A DNA stretch of 64,000 nucleotides, taken from IMG/VR virus record IMGVR_UViG_3300021964_006850; one strand, given 5' to 3'. Under the pieces are notes generated by a model. It was not told the DNA's origin and ran no database searches. It worked only from the letters and a program-made list of their open reading frames with translations. A program made the position numbers and the translations under genes. This stretch comes from an uncultured virus (IMG/VR IMGVR_UViG_3300021964_006850). Its lineage: Duplodnaviria > Heunggongvirae > Uroviricota > Caudoviricetes. This document shows positions 46,825-55,367 of the stretch, one piece after another; within the stretch, counting starts at the first letter, position 1; every line of letters begins with the position of its first letter.

Positions 46825-47390
46825 TCTGTTTCTCCTGGTTTTCTAACTGTAACACTAATGTTACCTGATATTGCAACTCTGTCGTGATTGCAATTCTGAA
46901 TTCCTACTTTATGACTTACATTTCCTGGAAAGATAACCATCAATCCACTAAAAGGTTTTACACTGTAATCTGCTGAAGGAAATTCTAATGGTGCACAATC
47001 TTCACAAGCATTTACATAGTATACAAAACTAAATGTAGCAGGCCAGTGTGCGTGTTCAATAGTATGATGTCCGTGATCATTTTTATAGACCATCCCCCAA
47101 CAGTCTACAATGTTAAACCGTAGCATTTCTGCACCACGCTGACTTAATCCTTCTATACTGCTTATACATTGCATAACAGCAAAATCGCAAATACGTTTAA
47201 AGTCGTTGTCTTGGTACATTGTAAAGTCAGTCATGTCTGCCTTGACATTGCTCATATGTTTTATTACATCACCGTAACTTCTAATCTTTTTTTCGAGAAT
47301 AGGATTGAGTATTTCACTGTTTGTATATTTCACCATAGTGATATCGCAAGGTTCTTTAGATGTTGCTTGATGTACCTTAAAATAATCCAT
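46821..47390 (-). CDS. putative 2OG-Fe(II) oxygenase (TIGR02466-like)
   Basis: WG...HAHW..FSFVYY...IFPG..SHKV...RVAISGN. Confidence 0.75.
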   Translation of the reverse strand: MDYFKVHQATSKEPCDITMVKYTNSEILNPILEKKIRSYGDVIKHMSNVKADMTDFTMYQDNDFKRICDFAVMQCISSIEGLSQRGAEMLRFNIVDCWGMVYKNDHGHHTIEHAHWPATFSFVYYVNACEDCAPLEFPSADYSVKPFSGLMVIFPGNVSHKVGIQNCNHDRVAISGNISVTVRKPGETE

Positions 47391-47725
47391 TACCCTGTCC
47401 TTAGTAAAACGTGATATCCGTATTCTGTTTTAATTGGAAATGTTAACATTTCATCTTTGTTGATTTGACTTATAGGCTTCGCAATCTCATATTCCATATC
47501 GCCTGGATATTCAAACCAGCCTAAGTCTCCGCCGTTCTTTGCACTTATTCTACAAGCACTGTGTTCTTTTGCGGCTTGTTCAAATGTAAGTAGTCCTTCT
47601 ATAATATCTTGAATAATAAATCCTGCTTCTTGTTCTGCCGCAGGTTCTGGACGATTACTTGTTTGTGCTGTTGCGCCTTGATGGCTAATTAAAATATGAC
47701 TTGCTCTAAGTCTTTGAGGTTTCAT
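47390..47725 (-). CDS. parvulin-type peptidyl-prolyl isomerase
   Basis: [30 protein letters not shown]; start reassigned to MKPQRL. Confidence 0.85.
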   Translation of the reverse strand: MKPQRLRASHILISHQGATAQTSNRPEPAAEQEAGFIIQDIIEGLLTFEQAAKEHSACRISAKNGGDLGWFEYPGDMEYEIAKPISQINKDEMLTFPIKTEYGYHVLLRTG

Positions 47726-48068
47726 TTTTGCTCCCACCTGGTTTTTCAGAAAAGAATCTTTCAAACTTGTTAGGTTCAAGTGCATATTCTTCTGCATCGG
47801 AAGGAACATCTTCTGGACGTTTCTCAGTAATGTTTGGCCACTTCGCCGAATATTCTTCGTTGACATACAACCATTTATCTGCACCTTCTACGTTGTCTGG
47901 AATAATAGCATCTACAGGACATTCAGGTTCACAAACACCGCAGTCAATACATTCATTAGGATTGATTACAAGCATATTTTCGCCTTCGTAAAAACAGTCT
48001 ACTGGGCATACATCTACACAATCCATATGTTTACATTTAATACAGTTGTCGTTTACAAGATATGTCAT
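47706..48068 (-). CDS. fdxA: 7Fe ferredoxin (FdxA type)
   Basis: [18 protein letters not shown] and [13 protein letters not shown]-terminal WPNITEK. Confidence 0.88.
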   Translation of the reverse strand: MTYLVNDNCIKCKHMDCVDVCPVDCFYEGENMLVINPNECIDCGVCEPECPVDAIIPDNVEGADKWLYVNEEYSAKWPNITEKRPEDVPSDAEEYALEPNKFERFFSEKPGGSKNETSKT

Positions 48069-48085
48069 ACTAATAATTATCCTGT

Positions 48086-48994
48086 TTATAGACGTGCTAA
48101 ACGAATCATGGTTGCGGCCAAATTAATCTCTGGATCTGCAACAAGTGTGTGATCTACAAGACCTTGTTTAATAATAAGGATAGCATCATCTTCCTTGTCA
48201 CCAAACAATGTAATGTTGTCATACAACCATTTAAAAATATCTTCTACTTCATCTGGACGTACTTGACTACATACAAGTTTTCTTGCTTGATTAATTTTGC
48301 CTGCCTTAAATAGTTCGACCATCTCAATTTTGTAGTCTGCTTCGCCTGTATCACCTTCTTGTGGCTTTTGTAGTGTACCATCTACACTATTCATTTGTAC
48401 CATATTGATACACTTACGCAAGTCTGGATATGTTGCTTTTACATAAGTGTCAAGTGTATCTAAGTCTGGAGTGATTCCTTCGTCAATTAGGATCTTTGCC
48501 ACCCTTGTAGTAAATTCTGTTTGATCAATACGTTCAATATGAAAGCCTTGGCAACGTGAATGTAGTGCAGGAATAATTCTATTAGGATAGTTACAGGTTA
48601 AAATAAATCTGCTTGTAGTATGATATTCTTCCATCACACCACGCAATGCGGCTTGTGCGTTTGGCGACAAGTAATCTGCTTCATCAAGTAGCACAACTTT
48701 GAATTCTCCAAATGGAATCATTTGTACAAAGTTAATAATTTTATCTCTAACATCATCAACTGAGTTTGTACGACTTGCGTTAATCTCTAAAATATCTAAA
48801 TCATTAAGTTCAAGTTCATTAAATAAAATTTTAGCAAGTGTTGTCTTACCAATACCTGCATTACCTGAAAATAACAAATGTGGAATAGTGCCTTCTTTGA
48901 TCCATTGTTGCACTTGTTTCCTTTGATGTTCATCTCTGAACACATAACCGTCTACTGTCTTAGGACGATATTTTTCTACCCATAGTTCTTTCAT
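48086..48994 (-). CDS. clamp loader ATPase subunit (gp44/RFC-small-like)
   Basis: [32 protein letters not shown]. Confidence 0.92.
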   Translation of the reverse strand: MKELWVEKYRPKTVDGYVFRDEHQRKQVQQWIKEGTIPHLLFSGNAGIGKTTLAKILFNELELNDLDILEINASRTNSVDDVRDKIINFVQMIPFGEFKVVLLDEADYLSPNAQAALRGVMEEYHTTSRFILTCNYPNRIIPALHSRCQGFHIERIDQTEFTTRVAKILIDEGITPDLDTLDTYVKATYPDLRKCINMVQMNSVDGTLQKPQEGDTGEADYKIEMVELFKAGKINQARKLVCSQVRPDEVEDIFKWLYDNITLFGDKEDDAILIIKQGLVDHTLVADPEINLAATMIRLARL

Positions 48995-49404
48995 TTACCT
49001 GCCTCTACTATTCGTTGTCTCAAATTAGTACTACTAAATGAGTGTTGCCTTTTATTATAATATATTTCTATGCCTTTGTCAACACAAATCTGCTTACCAG
49101 TAAAGTCTTTTGATTTGTATTCTTCGCCAATAAAGCGTTTGTGGATAGTATATGTTAATAATATATCTTCCAAATCTTTTTCTGTCGAATATGGAATAAT
49201 TTCGTCAATATACTTACAACCTGCTAATTGAACATAACGTTCAAACACAGATTGGATTGGTTTGTTTTTGTCTGGTCTATCAATAGTAGGATCTGTTTGT
49301 AACCCTACAATTAAATGATTACAGTTCTCCGCCGCTTCTTTAAGCATAGCGACGTGTCCTGTATGAAATAGATCAAATGTACTAAATGTAATACCGACTG
49401 TCAT
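48991..49404 (-). CDS. TagD-like cytidylyltransferase
   Basis: TFDLFHTGH (HxGH), LIVGL, FSST.LR; start reassigned to MTVGITF. Confidence 0.82.
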   Translation of the reverse strand: MTVGITFSTFDLFHTGHVAMLKEAAENCNHLIVGLQTDPTIDRPDKNKPIQSVFERYVQLAGCKYIDEIIPYSTEKDLEDILLTYTIHKRFIGEEYKSKDFTGKQICVDKGIEIYYNKRQHSFSSTNLRQRIVEAGK

Positions 49405-49410
49405 AGTGTT

Positions 49411-49438
49411 ATTATACACTAACTACAAGAAAAGTCAA
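49411..49438 (-). promoter_or_regulatory. sigma70 promoter TTGACT-N16-TATAAT (leaderless)
   Basis: ATG 6 nt after -10. Confidence 0.65.
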
Positions 49439-49443
49439 GTATT

Positions 49444-49854
49444 TTATAGGTCGCCGTCTTTTCGATTTTCCGAATAGTGGACATCAAATTCACCGCCTGG
49501 GTAACGTGCTTTAAGTTTGTTTACGTTTTCTGCTACGACTTCATTAGGATCCAAGCCAAGTGCCCTACAAGAATTAATCCAATACCAAAGAATATCGCCA
49601 AGTTCTCGTTTAGCATGAAACTTAGTTTCATCATTAAGTGGTTTACCTTGGAATACACACTTTTTAACAATTTCACTAAATTCTCCTCCTTCTGATGCAA
49701 TACCAATTGCACCTGTTAATAGTAGTGCAATGTTAACACCACTTTCTTTTTCTAATTCAATCATAGTGTTGTTTAACACCATAGTTGAGTTTGATTCTAA
49801 ACTTGTTACTTCTTGTACAAAATCTTTGTACTTGTTAAGATCTACGTTTGACAA
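49444..49854 (-). CDS. MazG-like nucleotide pyrophosphohydrolase
   Basis: SEGGEFSEIVKK, RELGDILWY, NVNKLKARYP. Confidence 0.88.
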   Translation of the reverse strand: MSNVDLNKYKDFVQEVTSLESNSTMVLNNTMIELEKESGVNIALLLTGAIGIASEGGEFSEIVKKCVFQGKPLNDETKFHAKRELGDILWYWINSCRALGLDPNEVVAENVNKLKARYPGGEFDVHYSENRKDGDL

Positions 49855-49866
49855 TTTTACCTCTTC

Positions 49867-50271
49867 TTAGTTTACAAAATCTTCTGGACGATGGCTTTCA
49901 CCACTTAGGTCAATAGCATCGCCGTAGTATGCAAGATCGCTTGGTGGTTCGTTTGCTACACCTAACACACCTGAAGCGTCTACTGTTCGAAGAACTTTTT
50001 GTTCTCCACTTTCATCTTCAACTGTAAATCCTCTTGACCAACGACCGTGTTCAATTAGAATCCAATCTCCAATTTCATAATCATCTGTGTTCTCATGTCC
50101 AATAGACACAATCTTTGCCCAACGAGGCTTAATGCCGTGCTGTTGTCCGTCATCACTTGGAAGAATAATTCCTCCCTTTGTTGTAACTTCTCCGAACTCC
50201 ATGTCCGACACCATTAATCTATCGTGTAAAGGTTTTACTGTACCTTTAATAGCATTTAGATTGATTGCCAT
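49867..50271 (-). CDS. groES: GroES-like co-chaperonin
   Basis: VKPLHDR, TTKGGIILP, IGDWIL. Confidence 0.75.
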   Translation of the reverse strand: MAINLNAIKGTVKPLHDRLMVSDMEFGEVTTKGGIILPSDDGQQHGIKPRWAKIVSIGHENTDDYEIGDWILIEHGRWSRGFTVEDESGEQKVLRTVDASGVLGVANEPPSDLAYYGDAIDLSGESHRPEDFVN

Positions 50272-50658
50272 TTACTCACCTTTTTGTACAAAATTACCGT
50301 CTTCGTCTTCAACCCACTCGTCTTCCGATACTTCTTTGATTTCTGCTTCTTGAACTTTTTGTTTTGCAGTTTTCTTCGGAGCCGAAGTTTCTTCAACTAC
50401 TGCTGTTTCTGGTGCAGAGTTTTTTGATGTAGGAAGTTCGTCTTCAACTCTTTCAGGATTATCCCTGTAATAGTCTGCAAGAAGATCTTCACGTTTACGA
50501 ATAATCTTTCCACCTGGGCCTAATTCATCGCCACGTGCATTTACACGAGCATTTCCAACCGCAGGAGTAAGTTCATTTTTTTGGCGTAAAAGATCCATAT
50601 CAACTGCTTTACCTTGCATTGTTTTATAAACTTTACGACCTGTTTGTTTTACTGCCAT
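50272..50658 (-). CDS. hypothetical protein
   Basis: 128 aa; AVGNARVNARGDELG; GATAAATA at 50681-50688. Confidence 0.75.
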   Translation of the reverse strand: MAVKQTGRKVYKTMQGKAVDMDLLRQKNELTPAVGNARVNARGDELGPGGKIIRKREDLLADYYRDNPERVEDELPTSKNSAPETAVVEETSAPKKTAKQKVQEAEIKEVSEDEWVEDEDGNFVQKGE

Positions 50659-50683
50659 AGTTATTCTCCTATTATGTGAGTAT

Positions 50684-51205
50684 TTATCTTAGGAACTCAC
50701 GCCAATCCAGGTCAAACTGAATTGGATCAATTCTGTGTACTCCAATCAAATATAACACAAAACTTGATACGCTTGATCCTCTACCTACTCCCCAAAGTAT
50801 GTTATTTTCACGCATATAGTCAACCAAGTAAACCATATAGCGTAACAAGTTCAACATATCTCTTTTTTCAAATTCAATATATTCTTCGTCTAATCTTTTT
50901 ACTTGTTCTTCATTATTACATTTTGATTCTAAAAAACTATACACATCTAAGTTTTTATATGCTTCTGGCATAAACCATTCACTTTGACAAACATTATCAA
51001 ATTGTGTTTTATCAACATCAATTGGAATATATTGTTTTAATGCTTGTGTACCAAATTCTTCTGCGTGTTTATTGAATTGTTTGATTTCATCATTTGGATC
51101 GCACAGAACTACATGACACTTATCAATATGTCCTGTATAGATCATATCAATCAAGTTCTTATTAGAAAAGATGGGTATACCGTTAGAATCTGTTTTTAAA
51201 AGCAT
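50684..51205 (-). CDS. stand-alone fragment of DNA polymerase III alpha (DnaE) NTPase domain
   Basis: GVGRGSSVSSFVLYLIGVHRIDPIQFDLDWREFLR matches DnaE GRGS motif; ends before the catalytic PDxD. Confidence 0.75.
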   Translation of the reverse strand: MLLKTDSNGIPIFSNKNLIDMIYTGHIDKCHVVLCDPNDEIKQFNKHAEEFGTQALKQYIPIDVDKTQFDNVCQSEWFMPEAYKNLDVYSFLESKCNNEEQVKRLDEEYIEFEKRDMLNLLRYMVYLVDYMRENNILWGVGRGSSVSSFVLYLIGVHRIDPIQFDLDWREFLR

Positions 51206-51211
51206 ACGTAT

Positions 51212-51240
51212 ATTTTAACTTACGTTGATTAAATTGTCAA
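51212..51240 (-). promoter_or_regulatory. sigma70 promoter TTGACA-N17-TAAAAT (leaderless)
   Basis: ATG 6 nt after -10. Confidence 0.7.
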
Positions 51241-51439
51241 GATCTTTATCTTGATTCTTTGCCATTTCTTTGGCATATCGGCTACGAAGTTCCAATCTGT
51301 ACATTTCGATTAGTGTAGCCATTTGATGTTTGACTTCTGGATTGCGAGTCATGTAAAACTTTTTGGAAAGATCGTTTAACTTCTCTTCAATCTGTGGTGT
51401 TGTATATTTTTCTAAATTATCTTCAAGTGGATGTAACAT
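51215..51439 (-). CDS. hypothetical protein
   Basis: 74 aa helical. Confidence 0.7.
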   Translation of the reverse strand: MLHPLEDNLEKYTTPQIEEKLNDLSKKFYMTRNPEVKHQMATLIEMYRLELRSRYAKEMAKNQDKDLDNLINVS

Positions 51440-52041
51440 TAGTAAAACTTGCCAATATAATCTACAAAGATGGATGAACCCTGATTGTAGGTCATAAAGT
51501 CAATAATTACTGGATCTGAATCACTATCAATTGTTACATTGTTTGTAAACACGTATGGATCCTGTTCTGTACCTGTACCAGTTTTGTTTGGCCAACGTGC
51601 ATTGAACTTTAATGAACTACCTGCTTCTGTTCCGATAGTTAAAATTCTATCTTCGCCATCGTTGATTAGAATTAATCTAACTTTACCAACCTTACCTGAT
51701 TCTGGCCAATCTGTAGTAGTTAGAGTAATATCACCTCCTACTGTGAATGTTTGTACAGGGCCAAGTGTAAAGTTAACGTCTTGAGAAGAACTTAAAGTAC
51801 CACCAGCATTTAATTCTTCAGAAACGTTTACAATATTTGCATTTGTAATGTTGTTTCCTAAGAAGTTATTTGCTTCATTTTTCTTAGCAGTATTATCCTG
51901 CAGATCCTCAATTTCACTCTTTGTTGCTACAAAGTTGTTTTTAATAATACCAAAATTATCTCTAAATCCTTGAGAATCGTTATCCTGTCCTGCGATAGGA
52001 TATTCCGAATTAATACTTACGTCATCAATGTTACTTGCCAT
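51439..52041 (-). CDS. virion structural (tail/baseplate) protein
   Basis: YPIAGQDNDSQGFRDNF N-terminus; GATAAATA at 52060-52067. Confidence 0.6.
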   Translation of the reverse strand: MASNIDDVSINSEYPIAGQDNDSQGFRDNFGIIKNNFVATKSEIEDLQDNTAKKNEANNFLGNNITNANIVNVSEELNAGGTLSSSQDVNFTLGPVQTFTVGGDITLTTTDWPESGKVGKVRLILINDGEDRILTIGTEAGSSLKFNARWPNKTGTGTEQDPYVFTNNVTIDSDSDPVIIDFMTYNQGSSIFVDYIGKFY

Positions 52042-52071
52042 TTTATGTCCTCTCTACTTTATTTATCTGCT

Positions 52072-54618
52072 TTATATGTTGTACTCATAGTTTCCGAATA
52101 GAATATACTGTTCTTCACTTTTTCCAGTTGTACTATCAATTATGTATCTATCAATATCAAAATCAATGGTGTTAAAATCAAAATCTTGATTTTTAATGTT
52201 CAACAATATTTGATCAGCATTACCTTCTTTGCAATACGCAATAGGTATTGCTGTAATATAGCCTAATTCTTGTATGCTATTTTCCTGTGCAGTACGCATC
52301 CAGAGAGGTAAAAAGTCTCTTTCTGTAACGCCTGTTTCACTTATGCGATCACGCATATTTTTGATATTAGAAATGTATTTCTTGTTGTGTGTATTTTGGC
52401 TAATCTGTACAGCATCACTGTCTACTTTTAGTGTATTACTAATTGGTCTAAATCTAAAAGGTTCTGCTTTGCTGATTTCAAAGTTTTGTACAGATACTAC
52501 ATTCTGTCCGTTTCTAAGGATAATTCTAATATTTCCTACTGTAGGAAATACTACTCGACCACCTCTGGTTATGATTTCTAAATCGTTACCAATACTTGTA
52601 ACATCAACTGTTGGTGTTCCTACACCTCTAACACCTAATTCAAAAGTACTTTGGCCACTACCTAATGCAGTGTTATCATCTAATGATTCAAATTGAATAC
52701 TGTCAACTGTTATCTTCTTATCTTTTGTAGAAGTGTTTATTGTTTTAGCAACTTTGCCATTTGTCGGCATATAAGGATCGATAACTTCTAAATAAATTAC
52801 TTCATATACTATGTCTTTAGATCCTGGATTTTTTGCAACGGCTTTTTTAATTTCACCAATTCTATATTTTTTTCTTTTGTGATTCTTGGCCGCGGCCGCT
52901 ACATAGTTTCTAATATTTTGTGTAAGTATTCCTGCATATGCTAACATCTTAATATCTTTTTGTACACCGAACTCTGGGTCACCACTTCTATAAATTAGAT
53001 CAGGTGGAAAAATATTAGGATCCGAAATAAATGCTGTATATTCATTTCGTTTTGATTGATTCATAAAAGGCTTCATAAACAAGTTACTATACAAGTTATC
53101 ATCAGGATCTAAAACATCAATAGTGAATTCTTGTTCAACAGCACTAAATCCAAAACGGTCTTCTGCTTTAACTGTGAATTTAAACTCTCTGTCAATAATA
53201 GTTTTAGCACCATCAAAAGTCATTGCACCGTTATCAAACACTGTCAAACCTTTAGCACTTGCTGTACCAAACTGATTAACCTTACCTATAATTTCACCAC
53301 TGATATCTAATTGTAAACCTGGTGGCAATGTTCCATTTACTATACTGTAAATTAATCTTGAATCAGGTACACTTGTTTCTGCTTTGACAGCAAGTGTTGA
53401 AATAAAGTTTGCACTAATATTACCTAAATTACTTGCTGTTAAGAATTTTATAGTCGAATCTACTTCACCAAGAATCTTAACTCTAAACGTTTTAGTTTTA
53501 CTTGCTAATATTGTTTCTGGTACACCACCAAATCTGGTTGCTTTTACTGTAAACTTATATTCTTTTGTAACAGCAGGTTGGTAAGGAACACGACCTGCTA
53601 TTTCTCCTGTTGTACTATCAAGCACCATACCTGGGGGTAATTCACTTGGAGTGTTGTCGTCGTTGTTTTGTTCTAATGTGTATACAAGTCTACCTGCAAT
53701 AGTTTCTGTATCTAATACATCAAGGAAAAATGTTAGATAGTTGTTGGCTCTTCTAAATCCAAGGTTTTCTGGTGTCAGCCATAATGGTGTTCTTAGATAT
53801 GTGTTATCAGCAGTAAACAATCCATTTGCAATTTGCATTTTTGTATTGTCTGCTCTTAAGAAATCATCACCTACAAGATAAATTTGAAATTTACGTTTTG
53901 CAATAGTATCACCGTCTGTAACACTTACAATAAATTCGTAATAACGATTTAGTTTACGTGGTTGCTTTGTAGGAATTCTGTCGTCATAGATTCTGGTATC
54001 GTAGAAGAAACTGTCAAAACCGTTAGCACTTCTTTCTCCAAAATCAAAAGGAAATGTGCCAAATATGTTTGCATCGTATGCACCACTACCCGCTCTTTTA
54101 TCTAAAGCAAGTACAGGCTCAACAACGCCTACTATTCTACCATCTGTTGTTAAGCGTGTTCCTGGCGGAAGTTCTCCGTCATCATCTGCAATAAAATACT
54201 CTAATGCATCCCCGGCAGGTAAATCAGGGTCAATTGCCTGTAGTTGAAAATCTAATAGTGTATTGTCAAGTACAAAAAATTTCTGGTTTGGATCAACTTT
54301 TAACAAACCTTCAGTTGTTGTCCAAACAGGTTCATCTGCTCCGTCAATCAGAATAGACAAAGTTCTATCTTCAATAGCACCAGTGCTGTCGGTTGCTCTT
54401 AGAACAAATTTAGATTCAGTTGGACGCTGTACTTCGAAAGGCGTACCTACAATATATAATCCGTCTAAACGTAAACCACCTGGTAGACTACCTGTAATTA
54501 TTTTAACATCAGTAATTGTATTACTTGTAGTATTTAGAGGTAAAGCAAATCTCACTGTAGCATTTTCTGCAAATACACCGAGATTTTTTCCTGTTTTTAC
54601 TGTCCAGATTTGAGCCAT
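52072..54618 (-). CDS. Ig-like repeat virion protein (baseplate/tail)
   Basis: four G.LP.G..L...G.I.G repeats (putative Ig/He_PIG-like); GATAAATA at 54639-54646. Confidence 0.7.
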   Translation of the reverse strand: MAQIWTVKTGKNLGVFAENATVRFALPLNTTSNTITDVKIITGSLPGGLRLDGLYIVGTPFEVQRPTESKFVLRATDSTGAIEDRTLSILIDGADEPVWTTTEGLLKVDPNQKFFVLDNTLLDFQLQAIDPDLPAGDALEYFIADDDGELPPGTRLTTDGRIVGVVEPVLALDKRAGSGAYDANIFGTFPFDFGERSANGFDSFFYDTRIYDDRIPTKQPRKLNRYYEFIVSVTDGDTIAKRKFQIYLVGDDFLRADNTKMQIANGLFTADNTYLRTPLWLTPENLGFRRANNYLTFFLDVLDTETIAGRLVYTLEQNNDDNTPSELPPGMVLDSTTGEIAGRVPYQPAVTKEYKFTVKATRFGGVPETILASKTKTFRVKILGEVDSTIKFLTASNLGNISANFISTLAVKAETSVPDSRLIYSIVNGTLPPGLQLDISGEIIGKVNQFGTASAKGLTVFDNGAMTFDGAKTIIDREFKFTVKAEDRFGFSAVEQEFTIDVLDPDDNLYSNLFMKPFMNQSKRNEYTAFISDPNIFPPDLIYRSGDPEFGVQKDIKMLAYAGILTQNIRNYVAAAAKNHKRKKYRIGEIKKAVAKNPGSKDIVYEVIYLEVIDPYMPTNGKVAKTINTSTKDKKITVDSIQFESLDDNTALGSGQSTFELGVRGVGTPTVDVTSIGNDLEIITRGGRVVFPTVGNIRIILRNGQNVVSVQNFEISKAEPFRFRPISNTLKVDSDAVQISQNTHNKKYISNIKNMRDRISETGVTERDFLPLWMRTAQENSIQELGYITAIPIAYCKEGNADQILLNIKNQDFDFNTIDFDIDRYIIDSTTGKSEEQYILFGNYEYNI

Positions 54619-54663
54619 TTTAATTCCTTATTCAGTAGTATTTATCGGAATATGTGACTATGT

Positions 54664-55353
54664 TTAAAGAGGGTTTGTAATAGTGCCAACGTCGATGTTT
54701 ACTTCTGCAATGCTACTATCGTCCTGTAAACCAGGCTGTGAAATAGTGCCTAAATTAACATCTGTTGCGCCTGCTAAGAATTCAATAATACTTGAAGTAT
54801 CACCTGTGATTGTTGAAAAGTTAAAACCGTAAATATCACGAACATCTATATTGTGTACTAAACTTTCAATGTTTCTTACATTTCTTATAGTGTTGCCTTG
54901 CCCGTCTAATGTTCCACCAAGTTCTGGAGTAGCATCTGTAGATAATTCTGTAAGTGAATTAATAGTAATTCCGTTAGCACCACTTGTTTGTGTACTTGCA
55001 TTAGTACCACCGGAAATAGTAAATGTATCACCTTCTGCAAGTGTAATGTTTCCAGCATCAGTTGCTACAGTTAATTGCTGTAATCCACCAACACTTGAAA
55101 TAATAACACCTGTTGAGTCTGCTGTTACTGTAACATTACCGCCTGCAACAATTTTTTTAAATTGTAAATCAAAGCCTGTTTTTTGTGCAAATACACCTTC
55201 TCCTACAGATCCAAGATTACTTGCTGTAGTTTGCTCAGGGTTACGATTGTCAAGTTCTGTAAAGTTATTGTTAACTTTTACAAACGCTTCGCGTAAATCG
55301 TCACCCGTCCCGTCATTTGCTACACCGCCGATATTTACTAAACTTATTGCCAT
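54664..55353 (-). CDS. baseplate/tail-fibre connector-like protein (gp9/gp10-like N-terminus)
   Basis: VNIG.VANDGTGDDLREAFVKVNNNF; GATAAATA 5 nt before ATG. Confidence 0.65.
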   Translation of the reverse strand: MAISLVNIGGVANDGTGDDLREAFVKVNNNFTELDNRNPEQTTASNLGSVGEGVFAQKTGFDLQFKKIVAGGNVTVTADSTGVIISSVGGLQQLTVATDAGNITLAEGDTFTISGGTNASTQTSGANGITINSLTELSTDATPELGGTLDGQGNTIRNVRNIESLVHNIDVRDIYGFNFSTITGDTSSIIEFLAGATDVNLGTISQPGLQDDSSIAEVNIDVGTITNPL

Positions 55354-55367
55354 ACTAATATTTATCC

